Source: Eledone cirrhosa
Lineage: Eukaryota
Assembly: GCA_964016885.1 (NCBI GenBank)
Contig: OZ024754.1
Span: 39,742,001-39,806,000 of the forward strand
Direction of reading: 5' to 3'
Length of the DNA stretch: 64,000 nt
The notes beneath the pieces were generated by a model that made no database searches, was not told the origin of the DNA, and was given only the letters and a program-made list of their open reading frames with translations. Below are positions 51,245-63,943 of the stretch, in pieces; position 1 is the first letter of the stretch; each line of letters opens with the position of its first letter. The position numbers and the translations under genes were made by a program.

Positions 51245-52924
51245 GTGTGTAGTTAATATACCTTTTGTAGTTGTTATTGTTGTGGTGTCTTTCATTGAGT
51301 GTCATTCATAATAAACAACTCGCTGCCGGTGGCTTCCTTGTCAATATTAGATGATGCCGACTTGGGACATCACATTTCTTTTTTATCTGTATCGTTCTCA
51401 GTTATCTTTAAAAAGTAGTTGAAATAAAAACATTCTGAAGTTATAACATTAATGTAACTATAACAATACCTGTAATCAAACACATCTACTACGTAGAATA
51501 GACAATCTTTTTGTTTTTCGTCTTCCCAGTTGCATTAAACAATAATAATATTATAAAGCGAATATTAAAGTTAATGATTTAGTGAATTAGTATATCGTAG
51601 TCTAGAAAAATCTGACGACCAGACTGTTTATAAGATACTTTGTTGTCCTTTTTTCTGTATTTTTGGTCATTGACACACCACGTGTGTCCATTTGTCGTGT
51701 TTCATGTTGATGGAAAATTTTCCCTATCCAAACTTAACTATCTAGGTCTTTATTAATTTCGATTAAAATGAAGGACTAGTCTTTTTATTAACGCTAGAAG
51801 TCTGGCAATTTATCGCGTATCTATTATATTTATATATGTATGTGTATGTATACATACATTATATGTATACATACATTATATGTATATGTGTATACACGTA
51901 TATATACGTTTTTAATATACCTCTTTCGACATCTTGTTCTCAAGCAAACCGCTAAGTGTTGCTTGACCTGTGAAAAATAATAGCCAAAGCCCCATAAATA
52001 TAAAAAAGGGAGGGACACATTACATAGTGTTGTCTTCGATACCCTATGCCATATAGAAATATCACATGTCAACATCGTTTTATCAGAGGTCTTTCTCAGT
52101 CATCCTCCTTCGTTCTAAACAACAATCTAATTTTTCTGACATTAAGTGTTTTATTCAGTTTTTCTAACGCCCCTTGGTCCAAGTGAACACCCATTTAAGA
52201 ACTAATCATGTGAATTATTCTCGTATCGTTAATGACATGATAATTGCAGTAATCGACAAGAGTATGAACAACTTTATTTTCTGTCCCAAATTTTTAACCT
52301 CGTGTTTTATTTACGAAATTATTTTATAGTCATAATGAAAGATTAAAAAAAAAAAATTTCCCTGTATAATTAAACTTAATTTGTGGTCCTTGTGATTAGA
52401 AAGCGAACTTATACATGGCTGTGCAGATATATATATAGTACTAAAAAAAAAAAGGAATAAGGGAGGCTGGATAATATAGATGAAAAAAAGAAAAAAGTTT
52501 GGGGAAGCATAGGACACTAAATTATACAGAAGGGGCACTGTCAAATATATTTTCCCGCCAAACAATTTTGTAGGAAATATTTTCTTGTCGATGGTTGATC
52601 GTATTATTTATTGTGGTAGTTGTATTAAATTGTAAAAATGAAAGCATTTTCTTTTAATTTTATGCCTTCATAATTATTGTGATACAATGTAAAATATCTG
52701 AAATTATTAATTCTGATATTTAAGTGTCAAAACTATTTGAAATGAATGAAACAATAATATAATTAGAAATGTATTTACATATTTTTTCATGTAATTTAAT
52801 ATGGGGTTGAGTTTATTGTTTAACGAAACAAGGTCAGAGTGACCTACACTATTTATTGATTTATTTTTAAACTTTCCATCTTCATTATCTATCAAATTTC
52901 TTTATTACTGACTATATTTCAATA

Positions 52925-53112
52925 ACTGTTTCTACTATTGGTACAAGGCCAGCAATTACTAGTACATTACTGGTACTTTATTTTATCGACCCCGTAAGGA
53001 TGAAAGGCAAAGTTAACCTCGGCGGGATTTGAACTCAGAATTGCAAGGGCCGTAACTCTATGCGTCAAAGCAGGGCGTCCGACCCTCTACCGACACTGCC
53101 AATCCACCGCCC
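52925..53112 (-). mobile_element. SINE family 1
   Basis: Reverse complement of the 35111 element. Confidence 0.88.
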
Positions 53113-53999
53113 ATTGATTATATTTCAATAACGTTAGACATGTCAGAAAAATCGGATTTCCTTGTAAATTGAAAAAAATGATAAACATCTATGAACCGAT
53201 TTTCGGATCTAATCACATATATATATATGTCATCATCATGATATATATCATCATCATCATCATCATCAACGTTTAACGTCCGTGTTCCACGCTTGCATAG
53301 GTTTGGACGGGGGTTTTCCCACTCGAGGCAAGAGTGATTATCTTGCTCGCATAGGACTATCTGGCGGGTTTTCTACAGCTGGATGCCCTTCCTAACACCA
53401 ACCACTTTATTTCACATTGCTCCAGTTTACTCAGCTGTAGAAATGAGATGATAGGGACTGGGGTCCCTATCATTCCACTGCAAAGTGGTCGTGGAGGTGC
53501 CACGGCAAAAAAAGCACCCAGCACTCACTGTAAATGAGGTTGGTGTTAGGAAGGGCATCCAGCTGTAGAAATCAAGCCAGAATCAGTTCCCGTCCCACCC
53601 TTACAAGCAGGGAAAAGTGGACATAAAATGAAATGATGATGATGTGTGTGTGTGTATATTTATGTATGTATATATATGTATATTTATATATGTATATATA
53701 TGTTTATGTATGTGTGTATTTTTGTGTATCTATATGTGTGTGTGTGTATGTATTTATGTATGTATATATATATGTGGTGTGCAGGAGAGAAGGCTGAGAT
53801 GGTATGGACATGTGATGCGCATGGAGGATGACCTGGGTAAAGAAGTGCCAAGAAATCCCAGATGATATATATATATATATGTCTGCTTCGCAACCGACAG
53901 AAATTATGAAATGAATTATTTTTTTTATAAACTCCATCATTCTTTACTGGTACTATGCTAGTATGCTAGCGTGGAAGAACGGACGTAAAACGGTGATGA

Positions 54000-54036
<37 letters not shown>

Positions 54037-54097
54037 TCACACGCATAAATATATGAATTGAATGAAATATTTATCATTTTAACACTTGTTTTTTCAG

Positions 54098-54118
54098 TCA
54101 CCAGCATTTGATGGAAAG
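54098..54118 (+). CDS. PARP1: PARP1 exon 2, 21-nt microexon
   Basis: tttttcag|TCACCAGCATTTGATGGAAAG|gtaagt encodes SPAFDGK, filling the gap equivalent to SPMFDGK of vertebrate PARP1. Confidence 0.88.
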
Positions 54119-54344
54119 GTAAGTAAATATTTTTATTTTCATTAAATTTTTTTAAAATTTCAACTTCATACAAAGTGTTTTTACATTTTGGAAAGTATCT
54201 GAAAATAGGCTTTAATAGTTAATAGTATGTAGTCCCTTTACTCTCTTGTGACGCTAAACTCTGCCAGTTGCAGACTGCGCATTAACATGTGATATCTCTC
54301 TCCACAAAGTTCGATCACCAGCAGCAGAGTTCAAAGAACAAATA

Positions 54345-55294
54345 GCAATGAGATATCGGCTATGAATACACAATGGGATATCGGCTATATTATACACAAT
54401 GAGATATCGGCTATGTTATACACAATGAGATATCGGCTATGTTATACACAATGAGATATTGGCTATGTTATACACAATGAGATATCGGCTATATTATACA
54501 CAATGAGATATCGGCTATGAATAACCAATGAGATATCGGCTATATTATACACAATGAGATATCGGCTATGAATAACCAATGAGATATCGGCTATGTCATA
54601 CACAATGAGATATCGGCTATGAATACACAATGAGATATCGGCTATGTTATACACAATGGAGATATCGGCTATGTTATACACAATAAGATATCAGCTATGT
54701 TATACACAATGGAGATATCGGCTATGTTATACACAATGAGATATCGGCTATGAATACACAATGAGATATCGGCTATGTTATACACAATGAGATATCGGCT
54801 ATGTTATACACAATGAGATATCGGCTATGTCATACACAATGAGATATCAGCCATGTTATACACAATAAGATATCGGCTATGTTATACACAATGAGATATC
54901 GGCTATGTCATACACAATGAGATATCGGCTATGTCATACACAATAAGATATCGGCTATGTCATACGCAATGAGATATCGGCTATGTTATACACAATGGAG
55001 ATATCGGCTGTTATACACAATAAGATAGCTATGTTATACACAATGGAGATATCGGCTGTTATACACAATAAGATAGCTATGTTATACACAATGGAGATAT
55101 CGGCTATGTTATACACAATGAGATATCGGCTATGTTATACACAATGAGATATCGGCTATGTTATACACAATGAGATATCGGCTATGTTATACACAATGAG
55201 ATATCGGCTATGTATACACAATAAGATAGCTATGTTATACACAATGAGATATCGGCTATGTTATACACAGAGATATCGGCTATGTATACACAAT
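54345..55294. repeat. About 26-bp minisatellite, PARP1 intron 2
   Basis: Unit ACACAATGAGATATCGGCTATGTTAT, about 36 copies with small indels. Confidence 0.96.
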
Positions 55295-55379
55295 GTTTAT
55301 TAAATTTTGAATTTTTGTGTTACAATTTCAAAGTTGAATTTTAGTCTTCAAAGACGTGTTGTTTATGTTGTTTATTTAG

Positions 55380-55503
55380 GTACCAAACTGGTTCCACTAC
55401 GCCTGCTTCTGGAAGAGAGCTCGTATTTCTAATCACCAAGATATTCATAACTTTGACTCGTTACGTTGGGAAGATCAAAATAATATCAAAGATAAAATTG
55501 CAG
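55380..55503 (+). CDS. PARP1: PARP1 exon 3 (ZnF1 C-half)
   Basis: tttag acceptor. Encodes VPNWFHYACFWKRARISNHQDIHNFDSLRWEDQNNIKDKIA, with HxxC ligands and LRWEDQ. Donor G|GTATAA. Confidence 0.93.
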
Positions 55504-55627
55504 GTATAAATTTTCTTCTGCATTTTTGTTTTTCCATTAGGTTTTAGTCCATTTTTCTTTCACTTATTTTTGAACAGGGCTGTCTGTATCTCTAACAACA
55601 GGGCCCCTGTTTGTCTTGTTGAATCCT

Positions 55628-56653
55628 GTGTCCTTACTGTCTTCAGTAACAGGGCTCTCTGAAGGTGGTGCCCTTACTGTCTTCAGTAAGAGGGCTCTCT
55701 GAAGATGGTGCCCTTACTGTCTTCAGTAAGAGGGCTCTCTGAAGATGGTGCCCTTACTGTCTTCAGTAACAGGGCTCTCTGAAGGTGGTGCCCTTACTGT
55801 CTTCAGTAAGAGGGCTCTCTGAAGGTGGTGCCCTTACTGTCTTCAGTAAGAGGGCTCTCTGAAGATGGTGCCCTTACTGTCTTCAGTAACAGGGCTCTCT
55901 GAAGGTGGTGCCCTTACTGTCTTCAGTAACAGGGCTCTCTGAAGATGGTGCCCTTACTGTCTTCAGTAAGAGGGCTCTCTGAAGGTGGTGCCCTTACTGT
56001 CTTCAGTAAGAGGGCTCTCTGAAGGTGGTGCCCTTACTGTCTTCAGTAAGAGGGCTCTCTGAAGATGGTGCCCTTACTGTCTTCAGTAAGAGGGCTCTCT
56101 GAAGATGGTGCCCTTACTGTCTTCAGTAACAGGGCTCTCTGAAGGTGGTGCCCTTACTGTCTTCAGTAAGAGGGCTCTCTGAAGATGGTGCCCTTACTGT
56201 CTTCAGTAAGAGGGCTCTCTGAAGATGGTGCCCTTACTGTCTTCATTCACTAATAGGTGTCTCTGAAGATGCTGTCCCTACTGGTCTTCAGCAACAACAG
56301 TTACTGGTGTCTTTACTGTCTTCAACAGCAGGGGTCTCTGAAAATGGTGTCCCTACTGTCTTCAATAACAGGGGTCTCTGAAGATGGTGTGTCTACTATT
56401 TTCAGTAACAAGAGTCTCTGAAGGTGCTGTCCCTACTGTCTTCAATAACAGGGCCCTCTCTGAAGAGGGAGTCCCTACTGTTTTCAGCAACAGGACTCTC
56501 TGAAGAGGGAGTCCTTACTATTTTCAGTAACAAGGGTCTCTGAAGATGGTATCCCTACTGTGTCCAATAACAGTAAGGAGGAGTCCTTACTGTTTTCAAC
56601 AACAGCTCTCTGAAGAGAAAGTCCCTACTATTTTCAGCAACAGGGGTCTCTGA
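55628..56653. repeat. 40-bp hairpin-forming minisatellite, PARP1 intron 3
   Basis: Unit CCCTTACTGTCTTCAGTAASAGGGCTCTCTGAAGRTGGTG. About 15 near-perfect copies to 56246, then diverged copies. Confidence 0.95.
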
Positions 56654-57534
56654 CTGTGGTCAGAGATCAAAATAATTAAAACAGTTTAGTTATCAAAACA
56701 ATCAGATCAATAATTACATACTACCTGGGTAATATATCTCTCAATAATACAGTGAAGGTGTGTGACCTAATGGGTAGGTTGTTGGACTTGCAATCATAAG
56801 GTCATGGGGACGATTCCTGGACCAGGGAGTGCATTGTAACCTCCAGCAAGACACTTCATTTCATGTTACTCCACTTCATTTAGTTGAAAAAAAAAATACC
56901 AACAACAAAAACTGGAGCTTAATCCCTGCAATGGACTGGCATCCACTCCAGGGGAAGGGGGTTCTTTTCATGATAGAAGTGGGGCCTTTAAAAAAAACTC
57001 CTATGGGGTGCAACTTTATAGGATCCCTGCTAAACCTACATAGGGATTAGCTGTAACAACAATATAAAACTACAGTAGCCTTTATTAAAACACCTTAAAA
57101 AAAACTCCTATGAAATGCAGCTCTCTAGGGTCTCAGCTAAACCTACATAGGGGTTAGCTGTAACAACAATATAATACTACTGGGGCCTTTATTAAAACCT
57201 CGTATGAGATGTAACTTTATAGGACCCCAGCTAAACCTACATAGGAGTTAGCTGTAACAACAACACAGTAATACAGTTTGTAGAATGTACACTAAACGGA
57301 AGTCCCTGGCCGTTGAGTCTCTTGTTCAGGGTGGCCACTGAAAAACTGTTGTGGAAAGAGCCTGTACTTGTGAACAGGTAAATGGTCATTTGAAGGATGT
57401 TGTTTTTCACATATAATACTGAAAAAAATCCATTACTTATATTTCCAATTAAGATAATAAAAAAACAAACAAAAAAAACATCTGTTTATAAAAGTTGTTT
57501 TTGTTTTTTATATCATTCAGTCTTTCAGTTGCTG

Positions 57535-60022
57535 CCCTGTTACCCTGTATTACTTAGAAGCTACCTAGCAGCCACCCTGTATAACTTAGAAGCTACCTAG
57601 CAGCCACCCTGTATAACTTAGAAGCTACCTAGCAGCCACCCTGTATAACTTAGAAGCTACCGAGCAGCCACCCTGTATAACTTAGAAGCTACCGAGCAGC
57701 CACCCTGTATAACTTAGAAGCTACCTAGCAGCCACCCTGTATAACTTAGAAGCTACCTAGCAGCCACCCTGTATTACTTAGGAGCTACCGAGCAGCCACC
57801 CTGTATAACTTAGAAGCTACCTAGCAGCCACCCTGTATTACTTAGGAGCTACCGAGCAGCCACCCTGTATAACTTAGAAGCTACCTAGCAGCCACCCTGT
57901 ATAACTTAGAAGCTACCTAGCAGCCGCCCTGTATTACTTAGGAGCTACCGAGCAGCCACCCTGTATTACTTAGAAGCTACCTAGCAGCCACCCTGTATAA
58001 CTTAGAAGCTACCTAGCAGCCACACTGTATTACTTAGAAGCTACCGAGCAGCCACCCTGTATAACTTAGAAGCTACCTAGCAGCCACCCTGTATTACTTA
58101 GAAGCTACCGAGCAGCCACCCTGTATAACTTAGAAGCTACCTAGCAGCCACCCTGTATAACTTAGAAGCTACCTAGCAGCCACCCTGTATTACTTAGAAG
58201 CTACCGAACAGCCACCCTGTATTACTTAGAAGCTACCGAGCAGCCACCCTGTATTACTTAGAAGCTACCGAGCAGCCACCCTGTATTACTTAGAAGCTAC
58301 CTAGCAGCCACCCTGTATTACTTAGAAGCTACCTAGCAGCCACCCTGTATTACTTAGAAGCTACCGAGCAGCCACCCTGTATTACTTAGAAGCTACCGAG
58401 CAGCCACCCTGTATTACTTAGAAGCTACCGAGCAGCCACCCTGTATTACTTAGAAGCTACCTAGCAGCCACCCTGTATAACTTAGAAGCTACCTAGCAGC
58501 CACCCTGTATTACTTAGAAGCTACCGAGCAGCCACCCTGTATTACTTAGAAGCTACCGAGCAGCCACCCTGTATTACTTAGAAGCTACCGAGCAGCCACC
58601 CTGTATTACTTAGAAGCTACCGAGCAGCCACCCTGTATTACTTAGAAGCTACCGAGCAGCCACCCTGTATTACTTAGAAGCTACCGAGCAGCCACCCTGT
58701 ATTACTTAGAAGCTACCTAGCAGCCACCCTGTATAACTTAGAAGCTACCGAGCAGCCACCCTGTATTACTTAGAAGCTACCGAGCAGCCACCCTGTATTA
58801 CTTAGAAGCTACCGAGCAGCCACCCTGTATTACTTAGAAGCTACCTAGCAGCCACCCTGTATAACTTAGAAGCTACCTAGCAGCCACCCTGTATTACTTA
58901 GAAGCTACCGAGCAGCCACCCTGTATTACTTAGAAGCTACCGAGCAGCCACCCTGTATTACTTAGAAGCTACCTAGCAGCCACCCTGTATAACTTAGAAG
59001 CTACCTAGCAGCCACCCTGTATTACTTAGGAGCTACCGAGCAGCCACCCTGTATAACTTAGAAGCTACCTAGCAGCCGCCCTGTATTACTTAGGAGCTAC
59101 CGAGCAGCCACCCTGTATTACTTAGAAGCTACCTAGCAGCCACCCTGTATAACTTAGAAGCTACCTAGCAGCCACCCTGTATTACTTAGAAGCTACCGAG
59201 CAGCCACCCTGTATAACTTAGAAGCTACCTAGCAGCCACCCTGTATAACTTAGAAGCTACCGAGCAGCCACCCTGTATAACTTAGAAGCTACCTAGCAGC
59301 CACCCTGTATAACTTAGAAGCTACCTAGCAGCCACCCTGTATTACTTAGAAGCTACCGAGCAGCCACCCTGTATTACTTAGAAGCTACCTAGCAGCCACC
59401 CTGTATAACTTAGAAGCTACCTAGCAGCCACCCTGTATTACTTAGAAGCTACCTAGCAGCCACCCTGTATTACTTAGAAGCTACCGAGCAGCCACCCTGT
59501 ATTACTTAGAAGCTACCGAGCAGCCACCCTGTATTACTTAGAAGCTACCGAGCAGCCACCCTGTATTACTTAGAAGCTACCGAGCAGCCACCCTGTATTA
59601 CTTAGAAGCTACCTAGCAGCCACCCTGTATAACTTAGAAGCTACCTAGCAGCCACCCTGTATTACTTAGAAGCTACCGAGCAGCCACCCTGTATTACTTA
59701 GAAGCTACCGAGCAGCCACCCTGTATTACTTAGAAGCTACCGAGCAGCCACCCTGTATTACTTAGAAGCTACCGAGCAGCCACCCTGTATTACTTAGAAG
59801 CTACCGAGCAGCCACCCTGTATTACTTAGAAGCTACCTAGCAGCCACCCTGTATAACTTAGAAGCTACCTAGCAGCCACCCTGTATTACTTAGAAGCTAC
59901 CGAGCAGCCACCCTGTATTACTTAGAAGCTACCGAGCAGCCACCCTGTATTACTTAGAAGCTACCGAGCAGCCACCCTGTATTACTTAGAAGCTACCTAG
60001 CAGCCACCCTGTATAACTTAGC
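57535..60022. repeat. 32-bp minisatellite, about 78 copies, PARP1 intron 3
   Basis: Unit CCACCCTGTATWACTTAGAAGCTACCKAGCAG. Confidence 0.98.
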
Positions 60023-60178
60023 AACTATAAAAACATTACATCTCAATAATAGTGATATGGTGGAAATATTTTGTTGATTTTGTTTTTGTTTAATTTTAAT
60101 TTAATTTTTTCAAATATATGAGAATGACAGTTATAACATTATTTATTCTATTATGTTTTCTCTTTGTTAATTTTCCAG

Positions 60179-60309
60179 GTGGTAGTGGTGGAATTAACGA
60201 GAAAAGTGCAGCTGCAGGTGGATCAGGCGGTCCACCAAGTGATTTCAAAGCTGAATATGCAAAGTCAAATCGCAGCGGATGTCGAGGTTGCGAAGAGAAA
60301 ATTGGAAAA
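60179..60309 (+). CDS. PARP1: PARP1 exon 4 (Gly-rich linker and ZnF2 N-half)
   Basis: ttttccag acceptor. Encodes GGSGG...DFKAEYAKSNRSGCRGCEEKIGK. Donor AAA|GTAAAT. Confidence 0.92.
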
Positions 60310-61029
60310 GTAAATCATTTTATTAACATTTAACCCTTTAGCATTTACATTACTCTCATCATCATCATCACCGTTTTACGTCCATTCTTCCACGCTAGCA
60401 TGGGTTAGATGGGTTGTCGTGTTGTGGGCAATGCCAGGTCGAGTGACTTTGTCTTGCTCATATGGGAACCGATTCTGGCTTGATTTCTACAGCTGGATGC
60501 CCTTCCTAACGCCAACGTCATTTACAGTGAGTGCTGGGTGCTTTTTTGCCGTGACACCTCCACTACCACTTTGCAGTGGGAGGGGATGGGAGCATATAGT
60601 ATTATATTTTAATGGTAAACACTTATCTCACATGATATCAAATCTGCAAGATCTTATCTGATGGTGCAGAGGATCTCATCTTATGGGGCAAAGGATCTTC
60701 TTTTGCATTGATACAACATTATACACTATACTAACAACTATATAGGAAGGGCATCCAGCTGTAGAAACCAAGCCAAAATCAGTTTTGTATGTGCAAGACA
60801 AAGTCACCTGATCTGGCATTGCCCACAACAGGACAGCTTGACTAACCCATGTTAATGTGGAAAAATTGACATAAAACGGTCAGTAGGCACCTCTTAACCA
60901 AATATACATCCCAACCCACTACCCCTACTCTATCCTCCCACTCCCACCAACACCACCCCTTTCTTTGTAAAGTTATGTTGGTATCACATCCAATCCAAAC
61001 TAAAAAGGTTGTGAGGGTGTCATGACAAA

Positions 61030-61262
61030 AAAAGACACACAGTCCACGCTGTAAAGTGGTCGTGTAGGAGAACGGTAAAAAAGCTCCCAGTCCACACTGT
61101 AAATGTGGTTGGTGTTAGGAAGGGCATCCAGCCGTAGAAAACCTGCCAAATACAGTCCTATATGAGCGAGACATGGCCAGACGACCAATCTTGCCTCAAG
61201 TGGGACAATTTCCATCTAACCCATGCTAGCGTGGAAGATGGACGTTAAATGATGATGATGAT
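61030..61262 (+). mobile_element. Non-autonomous retroposon 3' part with (GAT)n tail
   Basis: GGTTGGTGTTAGGAAGGGCATCCAGCCGTAGAAA...CCCATGCTAGCGTGGAAGATGGACGTTAAA(TGA)n. Also at 15052-15228, 24437-24615(-), 50030-50210, 53250-53405(-), 60357-60580(-). Confidence 0.8.
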
Positions 61263-61324
61263 ATAACATTATACATTATACTAACGAAGGTGTCCAAGTT
61301 ATATTAATTTTCGCTATTTTCTAG

Positions 61325-61464
61325 GATGTTTTACGCTTATCAAAGAAAGATTTCTCAAGTCAAAGAGCAAAGATGTATGGCCCACAGGATACATGGTACC
61401 ATATTGACTGTTTTGTTAACAAACGTGAAGAACTGGAATTTGGAACAGAAATGGGTGTTGATCA
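61325..61464 (+). CDS. PARP1: PARP1 exon 5 (ZnF2 C-half)
   Basis: ttttctag acceptor. Encodes DVLRLSKKDFSSQRAKMYGPQDTWYHIDCFVNKREELEFGTEMGVD. Donor CA|GTAAGT (phase 2). Confidence 0.92.
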
Positions 61465-61486
61465 GTAAGTACTCGGAATGTCAATA

Positions 61487-61900
61487 ACAATTGTTTCTAC
61501 TTTAGGCACAAGGCCAGCAATTTGAGGGAGAGGCGGGAAAGTCGATTAAATCGACCCAGAGTATTACTGGTACTTTATTTTATCGAGCTCCGTAAGGTTG
61601 AAAGGGAAAAAACTAACCATGGTTGAATTTGAATTTAGAATGTAAAGGGCCATAACTATATGCCACAAAGCATGTCCAACGCTCTACCGATACTGCTAAT
61701 CTATTGCCCTAATAATAGTAATAATTGTTTCTGATTTAGGCACAAGACCATCAAATTTTTTGGGAGGGTAAAGTCAATTAAATGGGGCTCAGTGTATTAC
61801 TGGTACTTTATTTTATCAACTTCGTAAGAATGAAAGGCAAATCTAACCTTGGTGAGATTTGAACTCAGAACATAAAGGGACGTAACTATATGACGCAAAG
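61487..61900 (-). mobile_element. Two SINE family 1 copies
   Basis: Reverse-strand tail, core and B-box occur twice. Confidence 0.85.
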
Positions 61901-62122
61901 TTCATTTGACACTTGAGTGATTTTGTCAATCACTTCGGTGTTTGATATAATAATGTTATTGTTTGGTATAGTAATATATCAAACCTTTAAAAATCCAAAC
62001 GGGGAGTACCATGAAAAAAAGGGCCTCAAAATGAGGAGATTTTACATAAGAGAAGACATCTCTCACCTATTCCAAAATGAGTGGGAGATCTCTCTGTCCA
62101 ACAGGGAGAGTTGACAGTCCTG

Positions 62123-63888
62123 ATATATGTTGGTGTTTGGTATAGTAATATATGTTGGTGTTTGGTATAGTAATATATGTTGGTGTTTGGTATTACTGTA
62201 TGTTGGTGTTTGTTATAGTGTATGTTGGTGTTTGGTATAGTAATGTATGTTGGTGTTTGGTATAGTAATATATGTTGGTGTTTGGTATAGTAATATATGT
62301 TGGTGTTTGGTATAGTAATATATGTTGGTGTTTGGTATAGTAATATATGTTGGTGTTTGGTATAGTAATATATGTTGGTGTTTGGTATAGTAATATATGT
62401 TGGTGTTTGGTATAGTAATATATGCTGGTGTTTGGTATAGTAATATATGTTGGTGTTTGGTATAGTAATATATGTTGGTGTTTGGTATAGTAATATATGT
62501 TGGTGTTTGGTATAGTAATATATGTTGGTGTTTGGTATAGTAATATATGTTGGTGTTTGGTATAGTAATATATGTTGGTGTTTGGTATAGTAATGTATGT
62601 TGGTGTTTGGTATAGTAATATATGTTGGTGTTTGGTATAGTAATGTATGTTGGTGTTTGGTATAGTAATATATGTTGGTGTTTGGTATAGTAATATATGT
62701 TGGTGTTTGGTATAGTAATGTATGTTGGTGTTTGGTATAGTAATATATGTTGGTGTTTGGTATAGTAATATATGTTGGTGTTTGGTATAGTAATATATGT
62801 TGGTGTTTGGTATAGTAATATATGTTGGTGTTTGGTATAGTAATATATGTTGGTGTTTGGTATAGTAATGTATGTTGGTGTTTGGTATAGTAATATATGT
62901 TGGTGTTTGGTATAGTAATGTATGTTGGTGTTTGGTATAGTAATATATGTTGGTGTTTGGTATAGTAATATATGTTGGTGTTTGGTATAGTAATGTATGT
63001 TGGTGTTTGGTATAGTAATATATGTTGGTGTTTGGTATAGTAATATATGTTGGTGTTTGGTATAGTAATGTATGTTGGTGTTTGGTATAGTAATATATGT
63101 TGGTGTTTGGTATAGTAATATATGTTGGTGTTTGGTATAGTAATATATGTTGGTGTTTGGTATAGTAATATATGTTGGTGTTTGGTATAGTAATATATGT
63201 TGGTGTTTGGTATAGTAATATATGTTGGTGTTTGGTATAGTAATGTATGTTGGTGTTTGGTATAGTAATATATGTTGGTGTTTGGTATAGTAATATATGT
63301 TGGTGTTTGGTATAGTAATATATGTTGGTGTTTGGTATAGTAATATATGTTGGTGTTTGGTATAGTAATATATGTTGGTGTTTGGTATAGTAATATATGT
63401 TGGTGTTTGGTATAGTAATATATGTTGGTGTTTGGTATAGTAATGTATGTTGGTGTTTGGTATAGTAATATATGTTGGTGTTTGGTATAGTAATATATGT
63501 TGGTGTTTGGTATAGTAATATATGTTGGTGTTTGGTATAGTAATATATGTTGGTGTTTGGTATAGTAATATATGTTGGTGTTTGGTATAGTAATATATGT
63601 TGGTGTTTGGTATAGTAATGTATGTTGGTGTTTGGTATTACTGTATGTTGGTGTTTGGTATAGTAATATATGTTGGTGTTTGGTATTACTGTATGTTGGT
63701 GTTTGTTATAGTGTATGTTGGTGTTTGGTATAGTAATATATGTTGGTGTTTGGTATAGTAATATATGTTGGTGTTTGGTATAGTAATATATGTTGGTGTT
63801 TGGTATAGTAATATATGTTGGTGTTTGGTATTACTGTATGTTGGTGTTTGTTATAGTGTATGTTGGTGTTTGGTATAGTAATGTATGT
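62123..63888. repeat. 25-bp minisatellite, about 70 copies, PARP1 intron 5
   Basis: Unit TATRTGTTGGTGTTTGGTATAGTAA-like, ending about 55 nt before the exon 6 acceptor. Confidence 0.98.
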
Positions 63889-63943
63889 TTTGTGTCTTTT
63901 TCTCTCAACTCCTTAGTTTTAATGGTCACTCTCTTTGTTTCAG

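Noticed and set aside
51612-51640. CTGACGA, and CTGATGA at about 19409, as further hammerhead cores
   Set aside because: No properly placed GAAA box or supporting stems.
5396-63888. Arrays with 25-43-bp units resembling CRISPR repeats, especially the palindromic 40-mer
   Set aside because: Units are contiguous with no unique spacers, there are no cas genes, and the context is spliceosomal introns.
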